Shown: positions 27,479-36,884, numbered from the stretch's first letter. The stretch: 64,000 nt of DNA from Candidatus Zipacnadia bacterium (GCA_029820945.1 JALGUJ010000009.1:8949-72948), one strand, 5' to 3'. The notes: generated from the letters alone by a model not told the origin. Program-made: numbers and translations.

Positions 27479-29140
27479 ATGGACCAGTCGGATCGGCCCG
27501 CTTCGCGGGAGAGCGTGGAACACGGGACCAGGCAGAGCGGCTGGCTGGTGGTCGCGGTGGTGGCGGTCGGCGGCGGGGCCCTGATCGGGCTCGTGGTGTG
27601 GATGCTCTTCATGGGGAGCGGGATGTCGCCGAGCTCTCCCGCGCCGGCGCCGCTGCGCATGACACCGGAGAGGGTGCTCGCGAGCCTGGAGGAGGACCTC
27701 TACGGGCAGGACGAGCCGCGGCGGTCGTCCGCCGCACGATCGCTGACGGAGCGTGGCGCACGGGGGTTCGGCATCCTGTGCGAGGCCATGCAGTCGGGCG
27801 ACAGTGAGATGCGCAGGCCGGTCGCCAGGGCGCTGTCAGAGGCCGGAGAGGAGGCCGTTGAGCCGGTCTCGAAGCTGCTCAAGGACGAGGACCCGATACT
27901 GGCCGCGGACGCGGCCTGGGTGCTGGGGCAGATCGGCAGCCCGACGGCGGTCGAGCCACTCGCGGAGGCCATGCATTTCCACCTGCAGCGGTATGATCCG
28001 GAGGCGGAGACGGTGAGCGCCGACTTCGGGGAGCACCTGACGCAGTTCACCCTGCACGGGCCGTGGAACCCGACGGAGATCCCGGTGGCCGCGGCCGTGA
28101 TGGCGCTGGCCCGCATCGGCGACCCAAGCGCGCGTGAGGTGCTGAGTGGGACGCTCAACGTCGTAATGCCTGCGACGGCGCGGGAGGCGGCGCAGGCCCT
28201 GGTGGTGACCAGCAAGGACGACGCCTCCGCGTTGCGGCAGACGGTGACCCGGCTTCTACGCCACCCATCGGCAGACGTTCGCTTCGGTGCACTGCGCGGC
28301 GTTCGGGAGGTCGAGGACCAAGGGGCGGTGCAGGAGGTGCTCGACCGGCTGCACGATCCCGACCATGGGGTCAGGCGGCTCGCCGTCGAGACGCTGGGCG
28401 AGATCGGGGACGCGACGGCGGTCGGGCCGCTGCTGGCGATGCTCGACGGCCAGCACGGCTTCGAGGCAATCCGCAGCCTGGGTCAGATCGGCGACGAGCG
28501 GGCCGTGGAGCCGATCATCGCGGCGGCCCAGGCCGAGCGCGGCGGGCAGCAGTCGGTGGCGGCGGAGGCTCTGGGGCGGATCGGCGATGCGCGCGCGGTT
28601 CCCGCGCTGCTCGCCATGCTGGATGGCGCCGACGCGCGGACCACCGAGGACATCGCGGTCGCGCTGGGTCGCATCGGGGACAGGGGGGCGCGCGCCGCTC
28701 TCCTCGGGCTGCTGGACCACGAGGATTGGCATGTGGTGGTGGCGGCCGCCGAGGCGCTGGGACGCATTGGCGGCGAGGGGGCGGTCGAGGACCTGCTGCC
28801 GCTGCTTGATCACGAGCACTTCATGATCAAGGACGCCGCGGTCAAGGGCCTGGCGGAGACGGGCGATGAGCGCGCACTGCCGGTCCTGGTTGAATGCCTG
28901 GCCCTGAGCGCCGGCAGAAGGACGCGAGCCATAGCGAAGGAGGGCCTGGTGTCGGCGGGCCCCGGCGCCATCCCGGTACTCGTGCAGGCTCTGTCGGATG
29001 AGGATGACTTCACGGCCCGGGAGGCCGGCAATGTGTTGCTGCAAATGGGCGAACCGGGCATGGCAGCGCTCGAGGAAGCCGCGGAAGAGGGCAACGAGGC
29101 GGCCCGGTACGCGCTCATGTCGGCCGGGTCAGGGAGCTGA
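27479..29140 (+). CDS. membrane-anchored HEAT/PBS-lyase-repeat protein
   Basis: N-terminal TM helix (WLVVAVVAVGGGALIGLVVWMLF), then at least 10 HEAT-like units of the form DxxxxVRxxAxxALGxIGDxxAVxPLLxxLxD. Confidence 0.75.
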   Translation: MDQSDRPASRESVEHGTRQSGWLVVAVVAVGGGALIGLVVWMLFMGSGMSPSSPAPAPLRMTPERVLASLEEDLYGQDEPRRSSAARSLTERGARGFGILCEAMQSGDSEMRRPVARALSEAGEEAVEPVSKLLKDEDPILAADAAWVLGQIGSPTAVEPLAEAMHFHLQRYDPEAETVSADFGEHLTQFTLHGPWNPTEIPVAAAVMALARIGDPSAREVLSGTLNVVMPATAREAAQALVVTSKDDASALRQTVTRLLRHPSADVRFGALRGVREVEDQGAVQEVLDRLHDPDHGVRRLAVETLGEIGDATAVGPLLAMLDGQHGFEAIRSLGQIGDERAVEPIIAAAQAERGGQQSVAAEALGRIGDARAVPALLAMLDGADARTTEDIAVALGRIGDRGARAALLGLLDHEDWHVVVAAAEALGRIGGEGAVEDLLPLLDHEHFMIKDAAVKGLAETGDERALPVLVECLALSAGRRTRAIAKEGLVSAGPGAIPVLVQALSDEDDFTAREAGNVLLQMGEPGMAALEEAAEEGNEAARYALMSAGSGS

Positions 29141-29226
29141 CGTGGTGCGGCGATCGAGCTGCACGGCGGTTCCGTTTGGCCCCCCGCCCGGGGGGTATAT
29201 CTACAGTGGAGGGTGAATGGGAACGA

Positions 29227-29820
29227 ATGGGAGTCATCAGTTGGCTGCGACGAATCGTGGCTGACTTTTTTCGTGTCAGCGGGGACGAGTTTGACGCGGG
29301 CGACGAGGCGGCGCGCAGACAGCTCGAGCAACTGCGGGACCTGGCTATCCTGTCCGTGGCTCAGGCGCGGCGCACCGAACTCGAGCTGCGCGAGGTCATG
29401 GCGGCGGAGGAGCCCGACGAGGGCCGCCTGCGCTGGCTTGTGCCGCGGCTTGAGGAGGAACGGGCGAGAGCCGGCGAGCTGCTGGCACGCTACCGCAGGC
29501 ACCAGAATGACGAGTCCCGGCGCCTGGCGAGACGCGGGGAGCTGCAGGTGACCGAGGAGATCAACGAGCGCCGCGAGGAGCTACGGAGGTTTATCGGCCG
29601 CGCAGGCGAAGCATCGGATACGGAGGAGCTGCAGCGCCTCGAGGATGAGGCGCGAGCCGAGGCACACAGGCTTGACGTGCTCAACCAACTGGACGAAGAC
29701 GGTGCCATCGCCCGCCAACCAGGGGCGGGAGCCTTGAGTCGCAGGGAGACAGACCTGGCCGCGCGGGCGCGAGCTCTGCTCGAGAAGCCGACCGTTGACC
29801 CATCGGTGGCCGATCAGTAG
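29227..29820 (+). CDS. coiled-coil protein, possibly PspA/IM30-like
   Basis: Start refined to MGVISWLRRIVADFF (compare the PspA N-terminus MGIFSRFADIV), with GGAGGGTG SD. The rest is a charged coiled coil rich in E/R/L heptads. Confidence 0.4.
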   Translation: MGVISWLRRIVADFFRVSGDEFDAGDEAARRQLEQLRDLAILSVAQARRTELELREVMAAEEPDEGRLRWLVPRLEEERARAGELLARYRRHQNDESRRLARRGELQVTEEINERREELRRFIGRAGEASDTEELQRLEDEARAEAHRLDVLNQLDEDGAIARQPGAGALSRRETDLAARARALLEKPTVDPSVADQ

Positions 29821-29881
29821 ATCCCATCGTGCGTGTGCGCTCGGGCCTGTCTGAGATGTGGCGCGAAGGAAGGTTGGGCCG

Positions 29882-30943
29882 ATGGAGCTGCTTGAGTGGT
29901 ATAACCTGATCTTCGTCGCGCCCGTCGGTTTGGCCGCCATCTACCTCGGTCTCAGCGCAAGCGGTATAGGCGACCTCACCGGCGAGGGCGACATTGACCA
30001 CGACGTCGATGCCGACTTCGATCACGACCTCGATCTGGACATGGACCATGACGTCGACGTGGACCTCGACCACGACGTGGATCTGGACATGGACCACGAC
30101 GTCGATGTGGACCTCGACCACGACGTGGATCTGGACATGGATCATGACCTCGACCTGGGCCACGACGTGGACATGGATCACGATCTGGACGTAGGCCACG
30201 ACGTGGACATGGACCATGACGTTGACGTCGGGCACGACATCGACCACGGCGTAGACGCGGACCACGATGTGCAGGTCGATCACGGCGCCGAGGCGGATCA
30301 CGGTGTGGAGGCCGCACATCACGAGATGGGGAGCGGCCACGTCTCGGCTCACCACGAGCCGTCGCTGATGCTCAAGGCCCTCGCGGTGCTCGGTCTCGGC
30401 AAGGTGCCACTGTCGATCCTCATGACCTGCCTGATGGTGATCTTCGGGTCCACGGGGCTAATCGCGAACGGGCTGTTCGGCGAGGTTCTCACGCCGTCAT
30501 GGGCTCCCACGCTCTACTTCTGGCCCTCACTGGGCCTGGCGTTGCTGGCGTCATTCGGCCTGACGGGCAAGGTCGCGCGGGGGCTGAACCGGATTATGCC
30601 CACGAAGGAGACCTATGCTCTCACGGAGGAGGATCTGGTGGGCCGGGTGGGCGTGTGCGTGTACGGGATCCGCGCCGGCACGCGCGGGCCGGTCAGCGTG
30701 CAGGACGAAAGCGGAACCGTTCTTCAGGTGATGGGCCGCGCCCTCGACGGGGATCTGTCGAAGGGCACGGACGTCATCCTGGTTCGGTACCACAGGGAGG
30801 GTGATTACTACGATGCCGCCGCGTCGCCGCTGTCAACAGGTGCGGACGCCGCAGGTGGGCCCCTTCGCGCTGAGAGCAGCGCTGGCGCTGAAGATGTCGC
30901 GGCGCGCCGGGACAGCCAACGTGCATCCACCACCCAGTCCTGA
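29882..30943 (+). CDS. NfeD-like membrane protein with a His/Asp-rich repeat insert (flotillin partner)
   Basis: Start refined to MELLEWYN, with GAAGGAAGG SD. Layout is TM1, a roughly 110-aa (D-H-D-V/L-D) low-complexity tract, three TM helices, then a C-terminal NfeD OB-fold (VGRVGVCVYGIRAGTRGPVSVQDESGTVLQVMGRALDGDLSKGTDVILVR). It lies immediately upstream of the flotillin gene. Confidence 0.65.
   Translation: MELLEWYNLIFVAPVGLAAIYLGLSASGIGDLTGEGDIDHDVDADFDHDLDLDMDHDVDVDLDHDVDLDMDHDVDVDLDHDVDLDMDHDLDLGHDVDMDHDLDVGHDVDMDHDVDVGHDIDHGVDADHDVQVDHGAEADHGVEAAHHEMGSGHVSAHHEPSLMLKALAVLGLGKVPLSILMTCLMVIFGSTGLIANGLFGEVLTPSWAPTLYFWPSLGLALLASFGLTGKVARGLNRIMPTKETYALTEEDLVGRVGVCVYGIRAGTRGPVSVQDESGTVLQVMGRALDGDLSKGTDVILVRYHREGDYYDAAASPLSTGADAAGGPLRAESSAGAEDVAARRDSQRASTTQS
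30041..30250 (+). repeat. 48-bp (and 36-bp derivative) in-frame tandem repeats encoding (MDHDVDVDLDHDVDLD)n
   Basis: atggaccaYgacgtcgaYgtggacctcgaccacgacgtggatctggac occurs at 30041-30088 and 30089-30136. Shorter 36-bp variants follow at 30137-30172 and 30173-30208, then degenerate HD-rich sequence to about 30330. Confidence 0.85.
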
Positions 30944-31009
30944 GGCGGCCCTCATCAGCCCGCCAGCCGTGCACGGTCGCATATTACGGCAGTGACGGAG
31001 GGAAATGAG

Positions 31010-32992
31010 ATGCTCCTGGCCGTTGGAATGGTGCTGCTTGGGATCGCGCTGGTGATCGGCCCCTGGACTGGTTTGTTCGGCCAGATTCCGTTACCGAGCC
31101 AGATGATAATGACGGTGATTGGCGCGGTCGTGCTGGTGGCCTCGGCGGTGCTGATCATCGTCGCCAGGCTCTACCAGAGGACGAGCGCCAACGAGGCTTT
31201 CGTGCGCACCGGCATGGGCGGCCGCGCGGTCGTGCTCGACGGCGGCGCGATCGTCATCCCGGTGATTCACAAGACGGTTCCGGTCGTGCTGGAGACGATG
31301 AAGCTGGAGGTCGAGCGCGCGGGTGAGGACGCCCTGATCACTCGTGACAACCTCCGCTGCGACATCCGGGCCGAGTTCTACATCAAGGTTCAGGGCCAGA
31401 AGGACGACATCCTGAATGCGTCACGCTCGCTCGGCGACAGGTCGGTGAACGCCGCGGCGGTGCGTGACCTGGTCTTCGAGAAGCTGGTGTCCGCGCTGCG
31501 CTCGGTGGCGGCGACGCGGGAGCTGGCGCAGCTCCACGCTGAACGCGACGACTTCGCCACCGCGGTCTCGGAGCTGGTACGCGAGGACCTCAAGTCGAAC
31601 GGTCTGACGCTGGAGTCGGTGACCATCTCGCGACTGGACCAGACTGACACGCAGCGGCTGAACGAGCAGAACGTGTTCGACGCGCAGGGCCTGCGCAAGA
31701 TCGCTGAGATCACGCAGCAGGCGCGGGTCGAGCGGAACATGTACGAGCGTGACGCCGAGCGTGAGATCACGCAGAAGAACGTTGACACCAGGAAGGAGGT
31801 GCTCGACCTCGAGAAGGAGCAGGCCGAGGCGGAGGCGACGCAGGCGGCCGAGGTCGCGAAGATCCGGTCGGCACGCCGCCAGGAGGCCGAGACCTACGAG
31901 ATCGAGCAGCGCAGGCTCGTTGAGACCAAGGCGATCGACAAGGACCGCCAGGTCCAGGAGGCAGGCGTTCAGAGGGACCTGATGGTCAACATCGCCAAGG
32001 TGGAGGCCGAGAAGGACCTCATTGTCAAGCAGCAGGAGCAGCAGACCACTGACATCCTGCGTAACGAGGCGATCCAGACGGCCGACGTGCAGCGCGACCG
32101 GGCGGTTGAGGTCGCGAGGCGGGAGCGCCAGGTCGCCATCGCCGAGGCCGAGCAGCGCCGCGCCGTGGCGGAGCGGGAGCAGCTCGTGGCCGAGGCGCAG
32201 CGCGAGCAGGCCGAGCAGGAGGTCATCACCGTCGAAGAGGTGGCGCGCGCCGATCGCGAGAAGCGCGTGCAGGTGATCGCGGCCGAGCAGTCTGCTGAGC
32301 AGGAGAAGATCAAGCAGCAGATGGAGGCCGACATCGTCGCCTACAAGAACGCCAAGGTCGCGGAGGGCGAGCAGGAGGCCGCCTCCAGGCTGGCCGACGC
32401 CATCCGCGCCAGGGCGGAGGCGGAGCGCGATGCGGCCCGGCTCGCCGCCGAGGGCGAAGAGGCGAAGCAGATGGTGCCGGTCAACGTCAACCGCGAGCAG
32501 GTGGCCGTTGACGCCGCACGCGTGCAGGACGTTGACGCCGCCAGCGTTCAGGTGCTGCGCAGCGAGCTTGCGGCCAAGGCCGAGTACGACCAGATCTCGG
32601 TCGAGCTCGAGAAGGTCCTGGCCGACATCAACGCGCGCAAGGAGGTCGGCGTCGCCTTCGCTCAGTCCGTCGGCAACGCTCTGAGCAAGGCCGACCTGAA
32701 CCTCTACGGTGATCCGCAGATGCTCGGCACGGCCCTGGACTCGTTCGCCAAGGCCGCGGGCGTCAGCGCCTGGGCGGACGGCCTCATCAGCACGCTGCCC
32801 GAGGGCACTGTTGAGGCCGCCGCCGCGACGCTCGGCAGCGCCTTCCCGCAGCTTCGTGATGCCATCGCTCGCGTGGTCGGTGACCAGGCCGGCGGCGACG
32901 GTGAGGACGCGGAGGAGCCGGTCGAGGAGGTCGAAGCGGAGGCGCTGCCGAATGAGCCTCCCGCCGGGACGCCCGGCGGCGAGGAGCGCTGA
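31010..32992 (+). CDS. flotillin (SPFH/Band-7 domain) family protein
   Basis: Start refined to MLLAVGMVLLG, with GGAGGG SD 8 nt upstream. N-terminal TM hairpin, SPFH domain, and a long EA/EQ-rich coiled-coil flotillin domain (AEREITQKNVDTRKEVLDLEKEQAEAEA...). Confidence 0.85.
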   Translation: MLLAVGMVLLGIALVIGPWTGLFGQIPLPSQMIMTVIGAVVLVASAVLIIVARLYQRTSANEAFVRTGMGGRAVVLDGGAIVIPVIHKTVPVVLETMKLEVERAGEDALITRDNLRCDIRAEFYIKVQGQKDDILNASRSLGDRSVNAAAVRDLVFEKLVSALRSVAATRELAQLHAERDDFATAVSELVREDLKSNGLTLESVTISRLDQTDTQRLNEQNVFDAQGLRKIAEITQQARVERNMYERDAEREITQKNVDTRKEVLDLEKEQAEAEATQAAEVAKIRSARRQEAETYEIEQRRLVETKAIDKDRQVQEAGVQRDLMVNIAKVEAEKDLIVKQQEQQTTDILRNEAIQTADVQRDRAVEVARRERQVAIAEAEQRRAVAEREQLVAEAQREQAEQEVITVEEVARADREKRVQVIAAEQSAEQEKIKQQMEADIVAYKNAKVAEGEQEAASRLADAIRARAEAERDAARLAAEGEEAKQMVPVNVNREQVAVDAARVQDVDAASVQVLRSELAAKAEYDQISVELEKVLADINARKEVGVAFAQSVGNALSKADLNLYGDPQMLGTALDSFAKAAGVSAWADGLISTLPEGTVEAAAATLGSAFPQLRDAIARVVGDQAGGDGEDAEEPVEEVEAEALPNEPPAGTPGGEER

Positions 32993-33086
32993 TCGCCGGC
33001 GGCGACTCTGACGCGGGTCCATCGACGACTGAGGGGGACGCGGAGCCGCCGCGTTCCCCCCTTCATCACCCGGGGTGTGAGATTGC

Positions 33087-33698
33087 GTGTTGTGGCAGTG
33101 GCTGACGACGGCGGCCGTATTGTCGGCGTTCGCGGCCTGCCTGTACATGTGGTCGAATGCGGAGCTGCTGCCGGAGCGCTGGCACCGGCTCTTCCGACTG
33201 GGCGCGTGGGGCGCCATCATTGGGGCCCCACTTGGCGTCGGTGCCCCGTTGCTGCTGCACGCGGGCGCTCGAGCGTGGTGGGAGCTTCCCGCGCTTACCG
33301 GCCCCGCGCTGCGCCTCGGGCTGTTCGTCGGGGCCGCCGCGGGCGCCACCGTGGCCTGCATGCTCGCTCGGATGCGGCTGCGGGATGCGCTGCGCATGGC
33401 CGCGGCCTGCCTCTCCCCCTATGTCGTCGGCCTCTGCCTCGCGGCCTACCTCGGCGGCTGCGTGTACTCCTTCCTCATGGTTGACGTCTGGGACGCGCCG
33501 GAGCTGCATCGCGAGTGCGCGCAGCAGAAGCTCGCGGCCGTCTATCTGTCGCTGGGCATGGTTGGCGGCACTCTCTTCAGCCTGGCATTCACCGGGCGTG
33601 TCTGGCGCATCTGGGGCGCCGCCCTGCCCGAGGACCTGGGCGTCCTCGCCTGGCCTCCTCTCGAGCCCGAGCCGGAAGAGGGCAAGGCTCGGGTCTGA
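33087..33698 (+). CDS. hypothetical membrane protein
   Basis: GTG start, about 5 TM helices. No family recognised. Confidence 0.35.
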   Translation: MLWQWLTTAAVLSAFAACLYMWSNAELLPERWHRLFRLGAWGAIIGAPLGVGAPLLLHAGARAWWELPALTGPALRLGLFVGAAAGATVACMLARMRLRDALRMAAACLSPYVVGLCLAAYLGGCVYSFLMVDVWDAPELHRECAQQKLAAVYLSLGMVGGTLFSLAFTGRVWRIWGAALPEDLGVLAWPPLEPEPEEGKARV

Positions 33699-33797
33699 CC
33701 TCGTCTCACCCCCGTCGCCTCCGCAGGTATCGGTCTCCGAACGGCGAAGAACGCTGGTCGAACGCGAACGCCATCTGCCGCGGGGAGCGGATCGCCC

Positions 33798-34832
33798 ATG
33801 ATCGAGAGGTTCAGCATTAGCCGCGATGACGGCATCTACGAGTGCTTTCCCGACGTGTGCCGGACCGCCGGCGGCCGGCTGATCATCGTATACCGCGAGA
33901 GCGACAGTCACGGGGCGGAGACGTTCGCACACCTCGTCCGGCGCGCCAGCGACGACGGCGGCGAGACGTGGTCCGAGAAGGCATACCTCGTGCGTTCGGA
34001 GCTCGAAGCCGGCGCGCTCTTCAAGTGGAACTGCCCGCGCATCTGTCAGCTCTCCGACGGGCGCATCCTCGCCCTCTGCGACGGCTACGAGCAGCCCCCC
34101 GGCGAGCGCGGCTCGCAGTACGACTCGAGGGTCTGGCTCTGGACGAGCACGGACGACGGTGAGAGCTTCGGCGATCCGGTGGAGACGCGAGTCTCCGGCA
34201 TCGTGCCGGACAAGATCGTCGAGCTGCGCTCCGGCCGCCTGCTGCTGGGCACGCACGTGCGCGCGCCGGAGGTCGATCACGTCTTCCGGCAGATGGTGCA
34301 CATCTCCGACGACGGGGGCGCCACCTGGGGCGGCCCCGTTACCGTTTCCTGCACGCACCACTACGACTCCTGCGAGGGCGGGATCGTCCAGCTCCCCGGC
34401 GGCGAGGTGCTCTGCTACATGCGCGACAACTCCCGCACCGGCCGCCCGGGGCCCAAGTGCATATCATTCAACGACGGCGACGACTGGCTGGGGCCCTTCG
34501 ACACGCCGATGAACGGCTGCCACCGCCCGGTGCCGGGCGTCACGCGCTCCGGCCACGTCATGGTGCTCTATCGGCACCAACCCGGACACGGCCCCTTCGC
34601 CAAGAACCTCTTCGCCTACCGGGAGAAGATCGAGTCGGCGCTGAGTGTGCGCCGGGAGGACCAGACCGGCGTGGTGCTGCCGCTCGACCACGACCGCAAC
34701 GAGCGGTCGGACTCCTCCTACTGCGGGTGGGCGGAGCTCGAGGACGGCCGCTTCTTCGCGGTCAACTACATCAAGGACGACGCGCCGATGGCCCAGATCC
34801 GCGGCTACTTCTTCACCGAGGACGAGTTCTGA
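33798..34832 (+). CDS. BNR/Asp-box repeat protein (sialidase/GH33-like beta-propeller), no signal peptide
   Basis: Three Asp-box motifs S-x-D-x-G-x-T/S-W/F (SDDGGETW, STDDGESF, SDDGGATW), roughly evenly spaced as in sialidase propellers. Confidence 0.65.
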   Translation: MIERFSISRDDGIYECFPDVCRTAGGRLIIVYRESDSHGAETFAHLVRRASDDGGETWSEKAYLVRSELEAGALFKWNCPRICQLSDGRILALCDGYEQPPGERGSQYDSRVWLWTSTDDGESFGDPVETRVSGIVPDKIVELRSGRLLLGTHVRAPEVDHVFRQMVHISDDGGATWGGPVTVSCTHHYDSCEGGIVQLPGGEVLCYMRDNSRTGRPGPKCISFNDGDDWLGPFDTPMNGCHRPVPGVTRSGHVMVLYRHQPGHGPFAKNLFAYREKIESALSVRREDQTGVVLPLDHDRNERSDSSYCGWAELEDGRFFAVNYIKDDAPMAQIRGYFFTEDEF

Positions 34833-34889
34833 CGGGAGCATTCGACTTCAGGCACCCACGCCTCGAGAGCCTTTCCGGGAGGCCGAGCC

Positions 34890-36173
34890 ATGCCGCAGTT
34901 CAGCGCTTCAGCGGACGCAATCGAGCGCCATCTGCACGTCCTCTACCGCGACATCGGCAACCGTCTCGGCGCCACCCGGGCCGAGCGCCGCGCGGCCGAG
35001 TACGTCGGCGACCAGATGCGGCAGATCGGCCTGCAGAACGTGACATTCGAGAGCTTCCCGTTCCACGTCTGGGGCTACGAGACCGCGGAGGTGCAGGTGC
35101 TCTCGGGCGAGCAGCGCACCGTCGAGTGCATTCCCATCGCGAACTCGATGCCCACCCCGGAGGGAGGCGTGGAGGCGGAGGTCGTCTCCGTCGATCACGC
35201 CATGCCGGCGGACCTGGCCATGCACGACGTGGAGGGGAAGATCCTCCTCATCTGGGGGCTGCACGGTGGCGATACCGGCAAGCTCCAGGCCCTCAACGAC
35301 TGCGGCGCGGTCGGCCTGCTGTGGGTCGATGATCGCTTCCCGGTCGAGTGGCCGGTCTCCGCCGGTATCCCCTACGGCTGGCGGGACATCCTGCAGCTTC
35401 CGCAGGTCACGGTCCCCTACTGGGAGGGCCTCAAGCTGGCCCGGGAGCCCTCCGTGCGGGTCCGCCTGGTCAGCGACGCCTGGCGTGAGGAGGGCGAGTC
35501 GGTCAACGTGTTCGCCGACCTGCCCGGCTCGGGCGATGAGTTCGTGCACATGGGCGCGCACACCGACAGCGTGATCGTGGGGGTGGGCGCGGAGGACGAC
35601 GGCTCGGGCCTGGCGGCGATGCTGGAGGCCGCGCGCATGCTGGCCGAGCTGGGGAGGCCCACGCGCACCATCCGCTTCTGCGGCTTCGGGGCGGAGGAGC
35701 AGCTATCGGAGGGCGCGCGCGTCTATGTCGAGATGCATCCCGACGAGGCCGACCGCACGCGGCTGATGGTACAGCTCGACTCCGTGGCGGCCATCACTGG
35801 GCGCAACCAGCTCATGGTGGTGGGGCCGGAGGAGCTGATGGCGGCGGCGCGCGGACTGACCGACCCGGAGGCGCCCGTCCTCTCCGCCGAGGTGATGGAG
35901 CACGTCTCGCCCTACTCGGACATGTTCCCCTTCAACGTGTGCGGGGCGCCCTCGGTGTTCCTGCACCGGATGAACCAGGCCGGGACGCGCTACTTCCACC
36001 ACTCGCACCTGGACGACCTGCAGTCAATCTCCTATGAGGTCATCGCCACGCATGCCAACGCCGCCGCGCATCTCGCGCACCTGGCGGCCTTCGGCGACCC
36101 GCCCTTCGCCCGCAACATCCCCGACGAGCAGATGGCCGAGGTGCGGGAGCTGGAGGAGAAGTTCTTCGCATAG
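34890..36173 (+). CDS. M28-family Zn aminopeptidase with PA domain
   Basis: HMGAHTDSV...EDDGSGLAAMLEAAR...FCGFGAEEQ (Zn ligands H/D/E/E) and ...HHSHLDD are M28 signatures. Confidence 0.8.
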   Translation: MPQFSASADAIERHLHVLYRDIGNRLGATRAERRAAEYVGDQMRQIGLQNVTFESFPFHVWGYETAEVQVLSGEQRTVECIPIANSMPTPEGGVEAEVVSVDHAMPADLAMHDVEGKILLIWGLHGGDTGKLQALNDCGAVGLLWVDDRFPVEWPVSAGIPYGWRDILQLPQVTVPYWEGLKLAREPSVRVRLVSDAWREEGESVNVFADLPGSGDEFVHMGAHTDSVIVGVGAEDDGSGLAAMLEAARMLAELGRPTRTIRFCGFGAEEQLSEGARVYVEMHPDEADRTRLMVQLDSVAAITGRNQLMVVGPEELMAAARGLTDPEAPVLSAEVMEHVSPYSDMFPFNVCGAPSVFLHRMNQAGTRYFHHSHLDDLQSISYEVIATHANAAAHLAHLAAFGDPPFARNIPDEQMAEVRELEEKFFA

Positions 36174-36239
36174 CGACGGCGGGACGTCGTTGTCATTCGC
36201 ACCGGGCTGCGTCCCGTGCGGGCCGTTGGGGGTTGGTGG

Positions 36240-36328
36240 TGCCGGAGCCGGGATTCGAACCCGGACGAGGGGGGTGGCCCCTCAGAGGATTTTAAGTCCC
36301 CGGCGTCTGCCAGTTTCGCCACTCCGGC
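36240..36328 (-). tRNA. tRNA-Leu (anticodon TAA), long variable arm; CCA encoded (36237-39)
   Basis: Reverse complement GCCGGAGTGGCGAAACTGGCAGACGCCGGGGACTTAAAATCCTC...GGTTCGAATCCCGGCTCCGGCACCA. Acceptor 7/7 paired, anticodon loop cTTAAAa. Confidence 0.85.
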
Positions 36329-36426
36329 TTACGGCGGCGACGAAGGGCACGAGGGCGACGGCAACGGCTCAACGGCGACTGCAGACGGCAGGAGGGCGCC
36401 CAGGCATCCTCGCTCCTTAAACAGAC

Positions 36427-36502
36427 TGGAGGCGGCAACCGGATTCGAACCGGTGAATAGCGGTTTTGCAGACCGCCGCCTTAGCCTCTTGGCTATGCCG
36501 CC
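36427..36502 (-). tRNA. tRNA-Cys (anticodon GCA), CCA encoded, U73 discriminator
   Basis: Reverse complement GGCGGCATAGCCAAGAGGCTAAGGCGGCGGTCTGCAAAACCGCTATTCACCGGTTCGAATCCGGTTGCCGCCTCCA. Anticodon loop cTGCAAa. Confidence 0.85.
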
Positions 36503-36612
36503 TCGTCAGCACCGACACCTCTGCGCGGTGGGCGTGAACGCCGCACCGTCCTCAACGACCACCGTCCGAAAAGGCGGACCAGGCTGTCGCCCGGCCCGCC
36601 TGCAGGTTGTCA

Positions 36613-36687
36613 TGGAGCGGGAGAAGGGATTCGAACCCTCAACCTTCTGCATGGCAAGCAGATGCTCTACCGTTGAGCTACTCCCGC
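36613..36687 (-). tRNA. tRNA-Gly (anticodon GCC)
   Basis: Reverse complement GCGGGAGTAGCTCAACGGTAGAGCATCTGCTTGCCATGCAGAAGGTTGAGGGTTCGAATCCCTTCTCCCGCTCCA. Anticodon loop tTGCCat. Confidence 0.85.
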
Positions 36688-36699
36688 GTCAGAGCGTCG

Positions 36700-36775
36700 T
36701 GGAGCGGGAAACGGGATTCGAACCCGCGACCCTCAGCTTGGGAAGCTGATGCTCTACCGACTGAGCTATTCCCGC
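36700..36775 (-). tRNA. tRNA-Gly (anticodon CCC)
   Basis: Reverse complement GCGGGAATAGCTCAGTCGGTAGAGCATCAGCTTCCCAAGCTGAGGGTCGCGGGTTCGAATCCCGTTTCCCGCTCCA. Anticodon loop tTCCCaa. Confidence 0.85.
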
Positions 36776-36809
36776 CCGAACGAGCCTTCCGGCCCGTAGT
36801 GCCTGATAA

Positions 36810-36884
36810 TGGTGGGCGGTGCAGGATTTGAACCTGCGACTTCTTGCGTGTGAAGCAAGCGCTCTTCCCCTGAGCTAACCGCCC
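36810..36884 (-). tRNA. tRNA-Val (anticodon CAC)
   Basis: Reverse complement GGGCGGTTAGCTCAGGGGAAGAGCGCTTGCTTCACACGCAAGAAGTCGCAGGTTCAAATCCTGCACCGCCCACCA. Acceptor 7/7 paired. Confidence 0.85.
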
